Positions 8,977 through 19,353 of a stretch of 64,000 nucleotides of DNA are shown here, piece by piece. Below the pieces are notes generated by a model, which was not told the origin of the DNA, made no database searches, and saw nothing but the letters and a program-made list of their open reading frames with translations. Source of the stretch: a virus (lineage: Duplodnaviria > Caudoviricetes); the IMG/VR virus record IMGVR_UViG_3300029288_000143, positions 14,068-78,067 of that record; one strand, 5' to 3'. Position 1 is the stretch's first letter. Each line of letters begins with the position of its first letter. The position numbers and the translations under genes are program-made.

Positions 8977-10479
8977 ATGCTCAAAGAGACAATCATTTCG
9001 AGAAATTCGCTGGGTGCAACTCAGCTCACGCATAACATTGTAGCCAATACTTATGGCAGCGCTCCGACACTTGCAACGGATGGTTTCTACATCCGCTGCG
9101 CGGCGTCTCGCAACTACGATGCCTATGAGGCATTGTTCAGTTTCGACGGTACCGCTACCATCCTGACCAAGGCCGTCGTGAGGCCGTGGTTTTGGGTGCC
9201 GGACCACGATCCCGGCGCGGCTGGCGGCACCTGGCTGGCCGGCAAGTTCATGGAGAACATTTCAACGGGCGCTGGTAGCACTGATGTATTTGCTGCGGTC
9301 AGGAGAATCAATAGCGTCCCGGTAGCGGCTACCCGCTGCTATCTCCAGGTCGTCAGTGTTGTGGGGTTCATTCCCGTTGACCTATACATGACGGTCATGG
9401 GGATTGAAGGTATTGTTGCCGAAGTCGACATGACGGATGTCTCGGTTGAATTGGACGTCGGGGACGTCTCGGTTATGGCACCGTTCACTCAGGCAACCCA
9501 TACTACGCCCGTATCGTTCACGGCGGCATTCGCGACTGCAAACACGATTCTCTGTGCTTCGGCGCCGTTCGTGATCGATGAGGCTAACTGCCGGGTAGTA
9601 TTTGTGTTGTACCGACACGTCGGTGACCTGTGGTCGGCCCCGTTGGTCAATGGCATTGGCGGCGTATCACTGACAGCCGCCGCCAACGTCATCACGCTGG
9701 CCGGTACTGCTGGGGCCCCGCTGCTCGCAGGTGATGAACTGTGGGTTGGGGTGCAGCAGCGCCCAGTGTCGGGTGGTGGGGGCGGCGCAGCCGGTGGCGG
9801 CGACGCTATTTACACTTCCCCAAACGATTTCTCGGTTACGTTTTTGGCGCCTACGCAGTTGACCCTCACGGGACTGTCGTACACCCCGACGTTGGGACAA
9901 TTCGTTTCGGTGTACTATGTTGACGTGGCCGGTATGGCCAAGACTCTAACGCCCGACACCAACGCGTTCGCCTGGAATTCAGGGACCGGAATTCTGACCG
10001 TCACGTCCGCTACTTTTGCGGCAACTGATTCATACCGCGTTATGGTATTCGGCCCCGACAAATCTCTGGACCTCGCCAGTAACTCAAAACGAACAGCAGA
10101 AATTAGCCCCGCAAATCTCTACGCCACTACCGAACCCCTGGTGGACGCCACTAACGTTGGAGCCGGAACCGTATATTACCCGAGCGACACGGGTGGTGAT
10201 ATGTTAGGTTACGGTGGATTGTGCCTACAGATGGTTACAAGTGGAGGTGTTACGACGACCGTAGAAGTGACGAACGACACGGCCGCGGTCCCTGACTGGC
10301 TGGACATCACGTTGGCGGGCGACGATCTGTGTCTGCGGTCATGGGCTGCCAGCTATGTAGATCGATCCACCATGGTGGACTTCGACAATCTGAACGTCCG
10401 GGCATTTCGCATCAAGTCAATAACGGCCGATGCGTCCAACGCTGTCCAGTACAACATCCGTCGCAAGGCCGTCAGCTAA
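8977..10479 (+). CDS. Virion structural/decoration protein (beta-rich, poly-Gly linker)
   Basis: 500 aa, Thr/Ala/Val/Gly-rich, GGGGGAAGGG hinge. Confidence 0.65.
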   Translation: MLKETIISRNSLGATQLTHNIVANTYGSAPTLATDGFYIRCAASRNYDAYEALFSFDGTATILTKAVVRPWFWVPDHDPGAAGGTWLAGKFMENISTGAGSTDVFAAVRRINSVPVAATRCYLQVVSVVGFIPVDLYMTVMGIEGIVAEVDMTDVSVELDVGDVSVMAPFTQATHTTPVSFTAAFATANTILCASAPFVIDEANCRVVFVLYRHVGDLWSAPLVNGIGGVSLTAAANVITLAGTAGAPLLAGDELWVGVQQRPVSGGGGGAAGGGDAIYTSPNDFSVTFLAPTQLTLTGLSYTPTLGQFVSVYYVDVAGMAKTLTPDTNAFAWNSGTGILTVTSATFAATDSYRVMVFGPDKSLDLASNSKRTAEISPANLYATTEPLVDATNVGAGTVYYPSDTGGDMLGYGGLCLQMVTSGGVTTTVEVTNDTAAVPDWLDITLAGDDLCLRSWAASYVDRSTMVDFDNLNVRAFRIKSITADASNAVQYNIRRKAVS

Positions 10480-10489
10480 TAGGTGCAGC

Positions 10490-10771
10490 ATGATTCTTTA
10501 CCCGAAAAACTACGTTGAGAAGCCGTCGACCGAGAAGCCAGCGCAGGACAGCAAACCGGCTATTCTGCTCATCAAGGCCTTGGCAGATAAAGATGCCGTG
10601 ACTTACGAGGAAGCCGTCAAGGCCGTGATGGTGGCGGAGAAACAGGCAGGCCGTTATTGGACCAACGATGAGGTCTGCGAGATGGTCAAGGCCGTGGATA
10701 ATGAGTGGCACGGCGACGGGAAACCAGCGGCCGTGGAAATGCTGGTCGAAGACAAAGGAAAAGTGAAATAA
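10490..10771 (+). CDS. Small hypothetical protein
   Basis: ATG 10490 after AGGTG SD; stop coupled to the next ATG. Confidence 0.6.
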   Translation: MILYPKNYVEKPSTEKPAQDSKPAILLIKALADKDAVTYEEAVKAVMVAEKQAGRYWTNDEVCEMVKAVDNEWHGDGKPAAVEMLVEDKGKVK

Positions 10772-11172
10772 TGCGCCCCTGCACGTCTTTGCTACGTAAT
10801 AAAGAAGTCACGCTGGATCTCACGCAGGCCGCTGCCCCCACAACCTATGATGCCCTGACGGCCACCGGCGACGTCATGATCATGGGCATAAACGCGTACG
10901 TCCAAACTGCTGGTGGCGGCGATCTGACGTCTGTCTCGATCCAGACTAATCAAACCACACCATTGGTACTGCTGACCGCCGGCCAAGGCGCGGTGGCCAA
11001 TCTACTGGCCCAGAGCCACCCGACCTCCACCATGCAGACTTTGGTGGCGCCTTGGACGTTGCGGTCGGGCCAGAAGGTGCAGTACACCTTGACGGCCGCA
11101 GGTGGGGCCCACACGGGCTCCATGCGACTATTCTGCTCCTATATGCCAATTAGTCCCGGAGCTACTTTGTAG
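10771..11172 (+). CDS. Small beta-rich virion protein
   Basis: ATG overlaps the previous TAA; jelly-roll-like composition. Confidence 0.6.
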   Translation: MRPCTSLLRNKEVTLDLTQAAAPTTYDALTATGDVMIMGINAYVQTAGGGDLTSVSIQTNQTTPLVLLTAGQGAVANLLAQSHPTSTMQTLVAPWTLRSGQKVQYTLTAAGGAHTGSMRLFCSYMPISPGATL

Positions 11173-11186
11173 AGTAGAGGTGCGGC

Positions 11187-11783
11187 ATGATTGGTGCAAT
11201 GTTCCCGGGTTGGGAAGATCTTCGAATCACAGCTTTTGAACCAAATAGCGGGGCCGATGCTCCGCAGTTGATTCAGTTTCCTGCTGCCACGACCTACGCG
11301 CCTCAGGTTTGGAGATTCCAGAACGTGGGGTCGGTGAATTTCTTGAACGCCGTGTCCCAGATGAGCCATGGTGTTGACCTGACGCAACCGGCTTACCTGC
11401 ATCTACATCTCAGCAACGACGCCATCATGGTGGAAGGCGCCATCATTGGGCTGTTTGTCGCGTTGAATGTTTGCACCATTGGTGGGGTCTGGGGAACCGA
11501 AGAGATCTACTGGTGCAGCTATACGGTGCCGGCCGGCGGCATCGCGGCCAAGACGCACATCAAAACACCAGATGTTCCAATTTCGGCCGCACTACAGGCC
11601 AAGATGGGCAATAGTTCGGCCATTTTGATCAGTGTGTTTCGGGACAAAGATACTGTGGTCGCGACCCAGAACGCCGGGGCCGTGACCGAGACCCTGAATG
11701 ACGAAGTCTGGTTCTTGGAATGCGACTTCCACTTCTTCAAGTACCGAGGCGGTAGCCAGAATCATGCGGCTCCGTTTGCTTAG
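11187..11783 (+). CDS. Virion structural protein (beta-sandwich)
   Basis: 198 aa with GAGGTG SD. Confidence 0.6.
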   Translation: MIGAMFPGWEDLRITAFEPNSGADAPQLIQFPAATTYAPQVWRFQNVGSVNFLNAVSQMSHGVDLTQPAYLHLHLSNDAIMVEGAIIGLFVALNVCTIGGVWGTEEIYWCSYTVPAGGIAAKTHIKTPDVPISAALQAKMGNSSAILISVFRDKDTVVATQNAGAVTETLNDEVWFLECDFHFFKYRGGSQNHAAPFA

Positions 11784-11841
11784 TAGTTTGTCCGCAGTGC
11801 AAATTAGACTAAATGATCAGTAGACAATATAAAGGTGACGC

Positions 11842-13074
11842 ATGTTGATAACACCTACATCGGAAAAAATGAGGGGCTTGGTCGACCTTATTGATCTGAC
11901 CGACCCCGTCGCGATAGCGCAAAGGGGCGGCACCGTCACGGGAGCGCTGCAATTTGATGCTGTGAAAGGGGCCTACCTGGATGGCGTCAACGACTACGTC
12001 CGATATCCTGTCGGTACCCAGGTGTTCGGGGCTCCGGGTGTCTGGTCAGTAGTAATTGAGTGTACTCCGGGGTTTGAAGCCAATGACGCCGGCATACATT
12101 ATTTTATATATGGATCAGCTACATCGCGTTTGTACCACTCGGCAGGCAATCTGCTCTTCCGCATGGGGACTACATTTTATATAACTGCTGCGTATGCGGC
12201 ATATGCGGCATATTGGAAAACAAACCAACGCAACGTAATCGTGTATACGGCAATAAACGGAAGTCCAAAGCTTTACCTAAACGGCAATCTTGTTGTTACG
12301 ACAAACATACAGGTAACCGCAGAAAATTTATCTTCATTGTATGTTGGATCTGACAATAGCGGATCCGGCAAGTTCCTCGGACATATCCATAGTATCAAAT
12401 TCTTCAAGGGCACCGTTGCGGCCGATCTCCTGACCGCCGGGGAGGCGGCCTCATTTTACGACCGGTCGACTTACACGTTTCGCAGTCGCGCAATCTGCTG
12501 CCTGCCCATGGGCGCAGAACAGCACGATCCGGTCAATAATCTCGTTCGTGACACCAGTGGACGGGGCAACCACTTCACCTTGGGCGACGGCACCGCGGCA
12601 ACCAAACCGACCAAGTTGGCGACCCGGGGCTATAGTTTTGACGGTGGGGATTATCTAAAAGCAAACTACAACATCATAAATGGAACCCCGTGGACAGCCT
12701 GTATGTTGGTGTCTATCACAGGTTCTAACTATTTGTTTGGTGCATATACTGGCGCGGCAGAAGTAAGGGTGAATAAGGCAATAGGAACGCCTGCTGTGCT
12801 TTTCACCACATTGGGTGCTGGCGACGTTTACACATACGACAACAAAATATCTACTAACGCAACCACAATAGTTAATGACCGGGCTTTGTCATTTATTACA
12901 TTTAGTGACACCGACTGTGCATACTCGTCTGTAGTGAACATCATGAGTCGGTATAACAATTCGGGTCCAGCAACAGGGAACGTATATTATTTTTCACTAT
13001 ACCCGTTTGTTCTGACCTATCTACAACGATTCGACGAATATCAATATGCCTTGCAAAACCTGGGGAAAATCTAA
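11842..13074 (+). CDS. LamG/concanavalin-like jelly-roll virion protein (two domains)
   Basis: YLDGVNDYVRY, PKLYLNGNL, LYVG...F.GHIHSIKFF, DTSGRGNH, YSFDGGDY motifs. Confidence 0.8.
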   Translation: MLITPTSEKMRGLVDLIDLTDPVAIAQRGGTVTGALQFDAVKGAYLDGVNDYVRYPVGTQVFGAPGVWSVVIECTPGFEANDAGIHYFIYGSATSRLYHSAGNLLFRMGTTFYITAAYAAYAAYWKTNQRNVIVYTAINGSPKLYLNGNLVVTTNIQVTAENLSSLYVGSDNSGSGKFLGHIHSIKFFKGTVAADLLTAGEAASFYDRSTYTFRSRAICCLPMGAEQHDPVNNLVRDTSGRGNHFTLGDGTAATKPTKLATRGYSFDGGDYLKANYNIINGTPWTACMLVSITGSNYLFGAYTGAAEVRVNKAIGTPAVLFTTLGAGDVYTYDNKISTNATTIVNDRALSFITFSDTDCAYSSVVNIMSRYNNSGPATGNVYYFSLYPFVLTYLQRFDEYQYALQNLGKI

Positions 13075-15030
13075 ATGTCTAACGTGATCACCTTGCTCCG
13101 GGCCGAGGGTTCCCTGGTAGGGTATTTCGACTTTAGGTCCGGCACCATTCAGGATTGGTCGGGCCGGGGAAATCACGGGACGTTTACCTCAACACCCTAC
13201 TTCACTCGTGACGGTTTGGATTTTGGGACCGGAAACTCCCGGTACGTTAATGTTCCTGACAGTGACAACCTGCGATTGACGACCGGGTGTCTCGTGGGAT
13301 TCGCGGCCGGGGGTGGTATTAGGCAAGTAGCCAATGCGGCGTTTGTGTTCAAACGAGCCGCAACAATTGAATATAGCCTTAATTTAACTGCATTGGCTAT
13401 CGTCACCGACGGCACGGTTGGAACGAATATCACCTATACGCTTCCTTCCAATACCAAATACGTTGCGGCCAACATCACCAACGGCGCTAAATCAAACTTC
13501 TATGTCAATGGTCTTTACATTGGTGACAGTTCCAGCAACCTGACGCTGACCCCCTCGAATCAGGCCGTGAGGCTGGGAAATTTCGTCGATACCGTGACCA
13601 AGGTATCGGCTGTCCTGATTATCAACCGACCCTTGACCGCCACAGAACATTCCGCGCTGTTCAGTGAGCTTTCGGCCGCCACTTGGCCTGCCCTGACCCG
13701 TTGCATCAGCTATGTCGACACAAAGCCCCGGGTTCCGGATACTGGATTAGTGGCGGCATGGGATTTCGGGGCCCTGCAGAACGGCAAGGTTGTGGATCTG
13801 ACGGGTCATGGTTATGACGCCACGGCCTTTGGTGTCGTGACGGAGCAGACCCCCTGGGGCCGCGGTGTCCGGGGCAACGGGACCAGCTCCTACCTGCAGA
13901 CCGGAAACGTCGACCTCAGCACCACCGATAAGGTCACGGTCGTGATGGTCGCGAAACCCCGAGATCTTGCTGTGTCGGCTGCAATGGTTGAGTTGTCGAC
14001 CGGTTTTCCATCAGCCACTGATGGTCTTGCCCTGTACGGTGGGTCCAGCAACGTGAACGCCGGTTTGCGTGGCAATACCGGAACTTGCCTTGCTTCTACT
14101 GCCGCCATGACCTCCGGTGTGCCGTTGATGATCGTGGGTGTATTTGATAAATCGCTGGCCACTAACGAGTGCACCGTTTACCTCAATGGATTTGATGCCA
14201 CGGCTACCCGGACCGACCTCAACAATACCAATTTGTTTGGAAACAAACCATTCTATTTCTTGGCCCGTGGAGGAGCCTCGCTGTTCTCGAATGCCTGGTT
14301 GAAAAGCTGTGCTGTCTACAACCGTGCCTTTACGGCCGCAGAAGTCCGGGCCACCTGGGATGCCAGCGGCCTGAAGTCTGCCGGCTGGTCCACAGACTTT
14401 GGGGTTCCCGTGAGTGTTGCGGCGCGGGGCGGAACCGCGGGCCAGCAACTCGAAACCACAGATTTCAAGTTCCTGACCTCGACACCTCGGTATAGTGTCG
14501 CGACATCGACTATTTCCGGCACGGTCGTCAAAACGATCTCGTGTTCGACCGCTGGTCCTTTGTTCCTGGGTTCTCCGTCCCTGGGCCAGACCCCCACAGA
14601 AGCAGCCTATGGTCAGTGGAGTTGTTGGTTCAATAAGTCGGCCGGTGGGGTAATCGATTGGATGCCGGTCGCCAGTGACAAGATTGCGCCGGCAACCGCC
14701 GGGAACAACGGCTACCTGCTCCGCATTGATGCCAGTGAAAAAGTTTGGTTCTATAAGAACAATGGCGTGACCTTGACGCAACTATTTGCCACGGGCAATG
14801 ACTACATCGTAGCATCGACTTGGTACGGCTTGAGATTGGCCCGCAGTTATGCTGGCGCCTGGACCTTGCAGATCATCGGCGGGGCTTTCACGGGCTGGAC
14901 CACTGTCGGAGGCGCCACCAACAACGACTATGTTGTGTCGGGTTACCAAATCTGGGATGTAGATTCGAGTGATTTGCTGAGTATCGGAAGTTGTTGCGGG
15001 AAATATCAGTACAGGAAATCAATAGCGTGA
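13075..15030 (+). CDS. LamG/concanavalin-like virion protein (about three domains; receptor binding or decoration)
   Basis: GYFDFRSGTIQDWSGRGNHG, LVAAWDF...VVDLTGHGYDA, TVYLNG, AVYNRAFTAAEV motifs. Confidence 0.8.
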   Translation: MSNVITLLRAEGSLVGYFDFRSGTIQDWSGRGNHGTFTSTPYFTRDGLDFGTGNSRYVNVPDSDNLRLTTGCLVGFAAGGGIRQVANAAFVFKRAATIEYSLNLTALAIVTDGTVGTNITYTLPSNTKYVAANITNGAKSNFYVNGLYIGDSSSNLTLTPSNQAVRLGNFVDTVTKVSAVLIINRPLTATEHSALFSELSAATWPALTRCISYVDTKPRVPDTGLVAAWDFGALQNGKVVDLTGHGYDATAFGVVTEQTPWGRGVRGNGTSSYLQTGNVDLSTTDKVTVVMVAKPRDLAVSAAMVELSTGFPSATDGLALYGGSSNVNAGLRGNTGTCLASTAAMTSGVPLMIVGVFDKSLATNECTVYLNGFDATATRTDLNNTNLFGNKPFYFLARGGASLFSNAWLKSCAVYNRAFTAAEVRATWDASGLKSAGWSTDFGVPVSVAARGGTAGQQLETTDFKFLTSTPRYSVATSTISGTVVKTISCSTAGPLFLGSPSLGQTPTEAAYGQWSCWFNKSAGGVIDWMPVASDKIAPATAGNNGYLLRIDASEKVWFYKNNGVTLTQLFATGNDYIVASTWYGLRLARSYAGAWTLQIIGGAFTGWTTVGGATNNDYVVSGYQIWDVDSSDLLSIGSCCGKYQYRKSIA

Positions 15031-15066
15031 TGTCGAAACATCAATACTGGACCGCGAGGAACCAAC

Positions 15067-15507
15067 ATGGCGTTCACATATAATTCCGGCCTGTTCCTCT
15101 TGGCCGACGAAACCACGGGCGTACGATGGAATGACCCGGCTGCTGTATTCCACATGGCGCTCGTGACGGCCGCGTATGTATTTGACCCCACCCATACTGT
15201 TTACGGGGACCTAAGTGCGGAGATTACAAACATATCTTATGTCGCGGGTGGTAATGCCATCACTACTCGCACATGTATAAAAGACAATATAAATGATCGC
15301 ATAATCTTTGATGGTGATGACGTAACCTACGTCGCGTTGGCCGCTGGTGACCTTCCGGCAGCCGGCGTGATCTATTTAAATTCCGTCGGACAGCCCAAAA
15401 CCCTCGTCAGTTATAATGCCATCACGGTGCCGATCATGCCGAGCGGTGGAGCGTTCACCATCATGGCAAATGCCACTACAGGGTATTTTATTATCTCAAA
15501 TCTGTAG
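15067..15507 (+). CDS. Minor tail/fibre-associated structural protein
   Basis: FHMALVT...EIT...YVAGG...FDGDDVTY...AAGVIY pattern common to small phage tail proteins. Confidence 0.65.
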   Translation: MAFTYNSGLFLLADETTGVRWNDPAAVFHMALVTAAYVFDPTHTVYGDLSAEITNISYVAGGNAITTRTCIKDNINDRIIFDGDDVTYVALAAGDLPAAGVIYLNSVGQPKTLVSYNAITVPIMPSGGAFTIMANATTGYFIISNL

Positions 15508-15513
15508 TGCAGT

Positions 15514-16062
15514 ATGGCCGATTATGCCCTGACGGATCTCAGTTGGTACCGCTATCTGCAGGACGTCCAGGCTCCGGTTTCTTCTGCTTCGGCCAACGCC
15601 GAGGCTCAAGATGTTACCGTTCAGGTCGACCTGTCGGTTCTGGTTTCTTCTGCTTCGGCCAATGCCGAGGCCCAGAACGTCACGGTCACAGGTGGGGCAC
15701 CGCCGGTTGTCAATCGTCGTGTCTTGGTCGCGACGGCCTCGGCCAATTGGTCGGCGCAGAGCGTCACGGCAGTCGAGCAGGGCTACTGGGTCACGACCTT
15801 CTGGGCTGCGGTCCAGACCACCACGGACCTGGCCAGCATCGAGAACATCGCGTCCACGTCTCTACAGGGCGCAGGAGTTTTCAGCACCGACTTGGCGTCG
15901 TGGAGCAGCAGTACTGACCTTATGTCTGCCGCGGGCGACGACATCACGTTGACCTTGGGATTGCCGGCCAGAACTGATTTTTGGTCGTCAGCCCTGCACG
16001 AAACTGAGTTCCTCGGTTTGGCCATCAGGACCGACTTCTTCTCCACCCCAACCCCGCTGTAA
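15514..16062 (+). CDS. Virion protein with duplicated VSSASANAEAQ(D/N)VTV repeat
   Basis: Near-identical DNA repeat GGTTTCTTCTGCTTCGGCCAAYGCCGAGGC at ~15576 and ~15642. Confidence 0.6.
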   Translation: MADYALTDLSWYRYLQDVQAPVSSASANAEAQDVTVQVDLSVLVSSASANAEAQNVTVTGGAPPVVNRRVLVATASANWSAQSVTAVEQGYWVTTFWAAVQTTTDLASIENIASTSLQGAGVFSTDLASWSSSTDLMSAAGDDITLTLGLPARTDFWSSALHETEFLGLAIRTDFFSTPTPL

Positions 16063-16072
16063 AATGTGAAAC

Positions 16073-16426
16073 ATGGCCTATGCAACGTCCATCACGATGT
16101 ATCGAAATCGCAACCACACCGTCAGGGTAACGGTGGACCTCACGACCTTGGTGTCGATCCAGAACGCCACCGTGCGGTTTTCAGTTCGGCGCGGGGCCGT
16201 GACGGAAAACGGCGCCATCGTGATCAACAAAACAAATCTTCCCAGTATTGTGCTGGGTGCTGAAGTCATCTTGCCCGACACCGTCGAGTTCTACCTGCAG
16301 CCCAGCGATACCTCAGGGTTGACAGCAGGAAATTACACGGCTGACGCGACCATCACGACGACGCTCGGTACCTTCCAACTCTTGGCGCCCTTGGCCCTGA
16401 CGCTCATGGAGCCCGTGACACCGTAA
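16073..16426 (+). CDS. BppU-N-like/Ig-like small baseplate or fibre adaptor
   Basis: VEFYLQPSDTSGLTAGNYTADATIT pattern typical of BppU N-terminal domains. Confidence 0.55.
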   Translation: MAYATSITMYRNRNHTVRVTVDLTTLVSIQNATVRFSVRRGAVTENGAIVINKTNLPSIVLGAEVILPDTVEFYLQPSDTSGLTAGNYTADATITTTLGTFQLLAPLALTLMEPVTP

Positions 16427-17532
16427 TGGCCGATTTCAACGATCTCGACCTGACGCAATACACCCCGGCAGAATCGGATGACATCCGCGAAGCCGATTTG
16501 GATTTGGTACTGCTCATGATGTCGAGTGACGCCGACGCGCCTGGGCAGATTAATATGGACAACATCACGACCGGAACCGATCTGGGGTCTGACATGGCTG
16601 TTTGGGCTACTCTGCGTAATCGAGTTTTGACCGATGCCGTCAGCACGACCAACCGCGCCTGTCAATTCCTGGCGTTTGTTGATGAGCATTTGGTCACGAC
16701 GGCCGGCTGGACTCGTGTCGGTAGTGGTGGCGGAACTGCCAGTGGTCTCTACGGATGGGGCGCCGCAAAGGTCCTGCCGGCCTTTGCGGCTTCCCCTGGG
16801 TTAATGAAAACCCTGGCCTGGGGCCTCTATCAGAACGCCAGTGGTGCTCAGGTACTGTTCAGCCTGTCAACCGCCTACTGTAAGATCCAACTGGCCCCTC
16901 AAGGCGGGTTTGCCGCCGGGGCGTCCGATGAAGACACACTGCCAACGGCACCGGCCGAAAATCTCGTCCTGACTACCACCACGACTTACACGAATGTGGG
17001 CGCTAATCTCAATCAAGTGTTCACGTTTGCCTATACTGCGGACCATAATTCATTTATATTTTTCGGCAAATTTGGCGCCGTCGACAACCTTGCGTATGCG
17101 ATCGTGAAACTTGAGGATTACAAAACCGGCGATACCCGACCTTACTGGGCCTATTGCAATGCCAGGTCTGACGCCGATAATTGGTCATTACTGTTGATGT
17201 CATCCACGCCCATAACCGACAGCATGATCGGCTGGCACCCCACGACCGGCAAACAGGTCTACTCGATCTTGAACCCCGTGACCAACTCAGCCGATGTGTT
17301 TCTGAACATGCCGGTTGACCCAGTCAGCGGATACCACCAAAAACTAGAATGTTTGCTGGGCTGTACGACCGCGGGCTCAATTCACTTGCGTGGCAAGATA
17401 CCCGGAGTCTACCGAGTGTCCAGCGCCTTGGCAACCGGCGACAAGCTCAGCCTGTCCGGCGGCGTGTATGAGCAGGTGGTGATCGGTGATTATGCGGTTC
17501 CGTGGATGAGTTCCGACGCGATGACGTGGTAA
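16426..17532 (+). CDS. Virion structural protein
   Basis: 368 aa, TAATG coupling, beta-rich. Confidence 0.65.
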   Translation: MADFNDLDLTQYTPAESDDIREADLDLVLLMMSSDADAPGQINMDNITTGTDLGSDMAVWATLRNRVLTDAVSTTNRACQFLAFVDEHLVTTAGWTRVGSGGGTASGLYGWGAAKVLPAFAASPGLMKTLAWGLYQNASGAQVLFSLSTAYCKIQLAPQGGFAAGASDEDTLPTAPAENLVLTTTTTYTNVGANLNQVFTFAYTADHNSFIFFGKFGAVDNLAYAIVKLEDYKTGDTRPYWAYCNARSDADNWSLLLMSSTPITDSMIGWHPTTGKQVYSILNPVTNSADVFLNMPVDPVSGYHQKLECLLGCTTAGSIHLRGKIPGVYRVSSALATGDKLSLSGGVYEQVVIGDYAVPWMSSDAMTW

Positions 17533-17536
17533 TATC

Positions 17537-18280
17537 ATGACCAGATATTTAGTCTACCGAAATGCTGTTTATCGCATCGCTTCCATGCCGTTGCAAGTTT
17601 TGCAGTTGGGCCCTGGCCAGAAATTCGATCCTGATTTCAAGACTTCCTGCACGCCTCCTTGGCAGGTTAACCCCTTCAATTACAAGCCGCTGTGCAGCAG
17701 CGGTAATCAACAACCGCTCTGGACCTCATCATACGACTACGAGGCAAAAAGTACTGAATGGCTAAGGTACTGCGCTCGCGGCTATGAAGACGACATTGGG
17801 GAACAGGCCGTCATTTTTGAAGTGTCACCGTCTGCACGTGTGATGCATATTTTGAACGAAGACGACTTTGAAACAGCTTTAGGTCTATATCCTGGTGAGC
17901 CTTCCAACGACATGAAACGCATGGGAATGGGCCGACCTTTAGATTGGAACGCTGTCGCGCAGGAGTACGATGGATTTCATGTAGGGCGCGAAGCAATTTC
18001 TACTTCAGAACTTCGGGAGTGGAGCGTCGAATCGACCGTATGGTTTAACCCGAAAGTCTTGACGGTAAAGCAAATAGTTGACATCCAACATTACTGTGAC
18101 GCCGCTGGACACGGTCGTAGTTTGTCCCCACAAGAGCGTAAAGACATCAAGCAACAAAAAGAACAAACAGAAGAGTCTTTCGGGGAAAAACTTGACCAGT
18201 GGCTCGAGCACAGGACTGGGCCACAACCACAGCCGCCCCATGACCAGTACAGGTTCCGTTACGAAATACCCCGGCCATAG
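17537..18280 (+). CDS. Hypothetical protein with shared N-terminal motif; possible ADP-ribosyltransferase fold
   Basis: Begins MTRYLVYRNAVYRIA; KP..LWTSS..W...ARVMHI...LDW...YDGFHV...WSVES pattern. The ART assignment is inference only. Confidence 0.6.
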   Translation: MTRYLVYRNAVYRIASMPLQVLQLGPGQKFDPDFKTSCTPPWQVNPFNYKPLCSSGNQQPLWTSSYDYEAKSTEWLRYCARGYEDDIGEQAVIFEVSPSARVMHILNEDDFETALGLYPGEPSNDMKRMGMGRPLDWNAVAQEYDGFHVGREAISTSELREWSVESTVWFNPKVLTVKQIVDIQHYCDAAGHGRSLSPQERKDIKQQKEQTEESFGEKLDQWLEHRTGPQPQPPHDQYRFRYEIPRP

Positions 18281-18296
18281 CAGCAAGGAAAATTCA

Positions 18297-19353
18297 ATGC
18301 CGACAAAACTGCAATACCGTGGTCATGTTTACCGGCAAGCCAACCCCTGAATGGTGGGGACAGGACCAAGATCATCACTACACGCAGCCCGCAGATCCCG
18401 AGACTGAAATCCCGGTGGCAGATCTGCTGCGGGAATTCGACGAGATGATCGAGATCGCGTGCCGAGACGGCACCTGGAATGTTGATCCATATCTCTTCGG
18501 CATGGCCAATGGCATGATTTTCATGCGGTCAATAGTCAGCGGCGAAGAACCTCAGTATTTGGAGGCGCCGGCCGAGTGGTCGGGCGAGTCCAGTGGGGTA
18601 GAGGCAGAATCGGATAAGCGTTCACTTGCGCGGGGTGAAACTACACGTTACGTTACCCGTGACTATCTTCGCCAATATGTAGAGTCTACCGGTGTCGATT
18701 TGGACGACATAAAGCGTCATTATGGCCTCGGACAACATTCGGCCAGTGCCCAGTACCGACGGGGTTTTGTCGACGGGCAGGATTTCGGGCATGCTATTTT
18801 AGACGACGCGGCCCAACTTGAGCATGGTACCACAGCACTACAACGTGATGTCGACCGATTAGGCTGGGACGGGGCCGTTGAGCACCAGCAAGATTTAGGC
18901 GACGCGGCCCAGCAACGTCTGGACCCCAATGCCATCAGCAAAACCATGTGGCAAATGGGCGTGCGGGATGCCAAACTGCTCGGCCCAGGGCTTATAACAG
19001 TCGAAGAGGCGAAAGCTAGGGCGGCCAGAAGTGTCGCCAGCACTAAACAAGAAATATTGGCAACCCTGACCTCCAAGTTTAATTTCGGCGAACCCAACGA
19101 ATTTGACACACAAATCAGCACCGAAGCGGCCTACGCGCAGGAGCAGGACGCCATGGTGGCGTGGACAGCAGTCCGGCAGTACATCGATTCCGTGCTGCGG
19201 CAGCTCCTTCCCGTCACCACGACCGAAACAGATTTCGGCATGGCCCAAACCATCCTTGGTCTCATTGAGGTGGCGTCACATGTCGGTCGTGTGCGTTGCC
19301 GATGCTCAGATCCTTGGCGACTGCATGTCGGCATCACGACGCTCGCCAAATAG
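18297..19353 (+). CDS. Protein apparently expressed through a +1 frameshift at CCC_TGA (17-aa motif leader plus 334 aa)
   Basis: ATG 18297 with AAGGA SD gives MPTKLQYRGHVYRQANP* (stop 18348-18350). The +1 frame continues EWWGQDQD... to 19353 and has no good start of its own. Confidence 0.6.

Noticed and set aside
11842-15030. Diversity-generating retroelement target
   Set aside because: No reverse transcriptase and no template/variable repeat pair differing at adenines found in the window.
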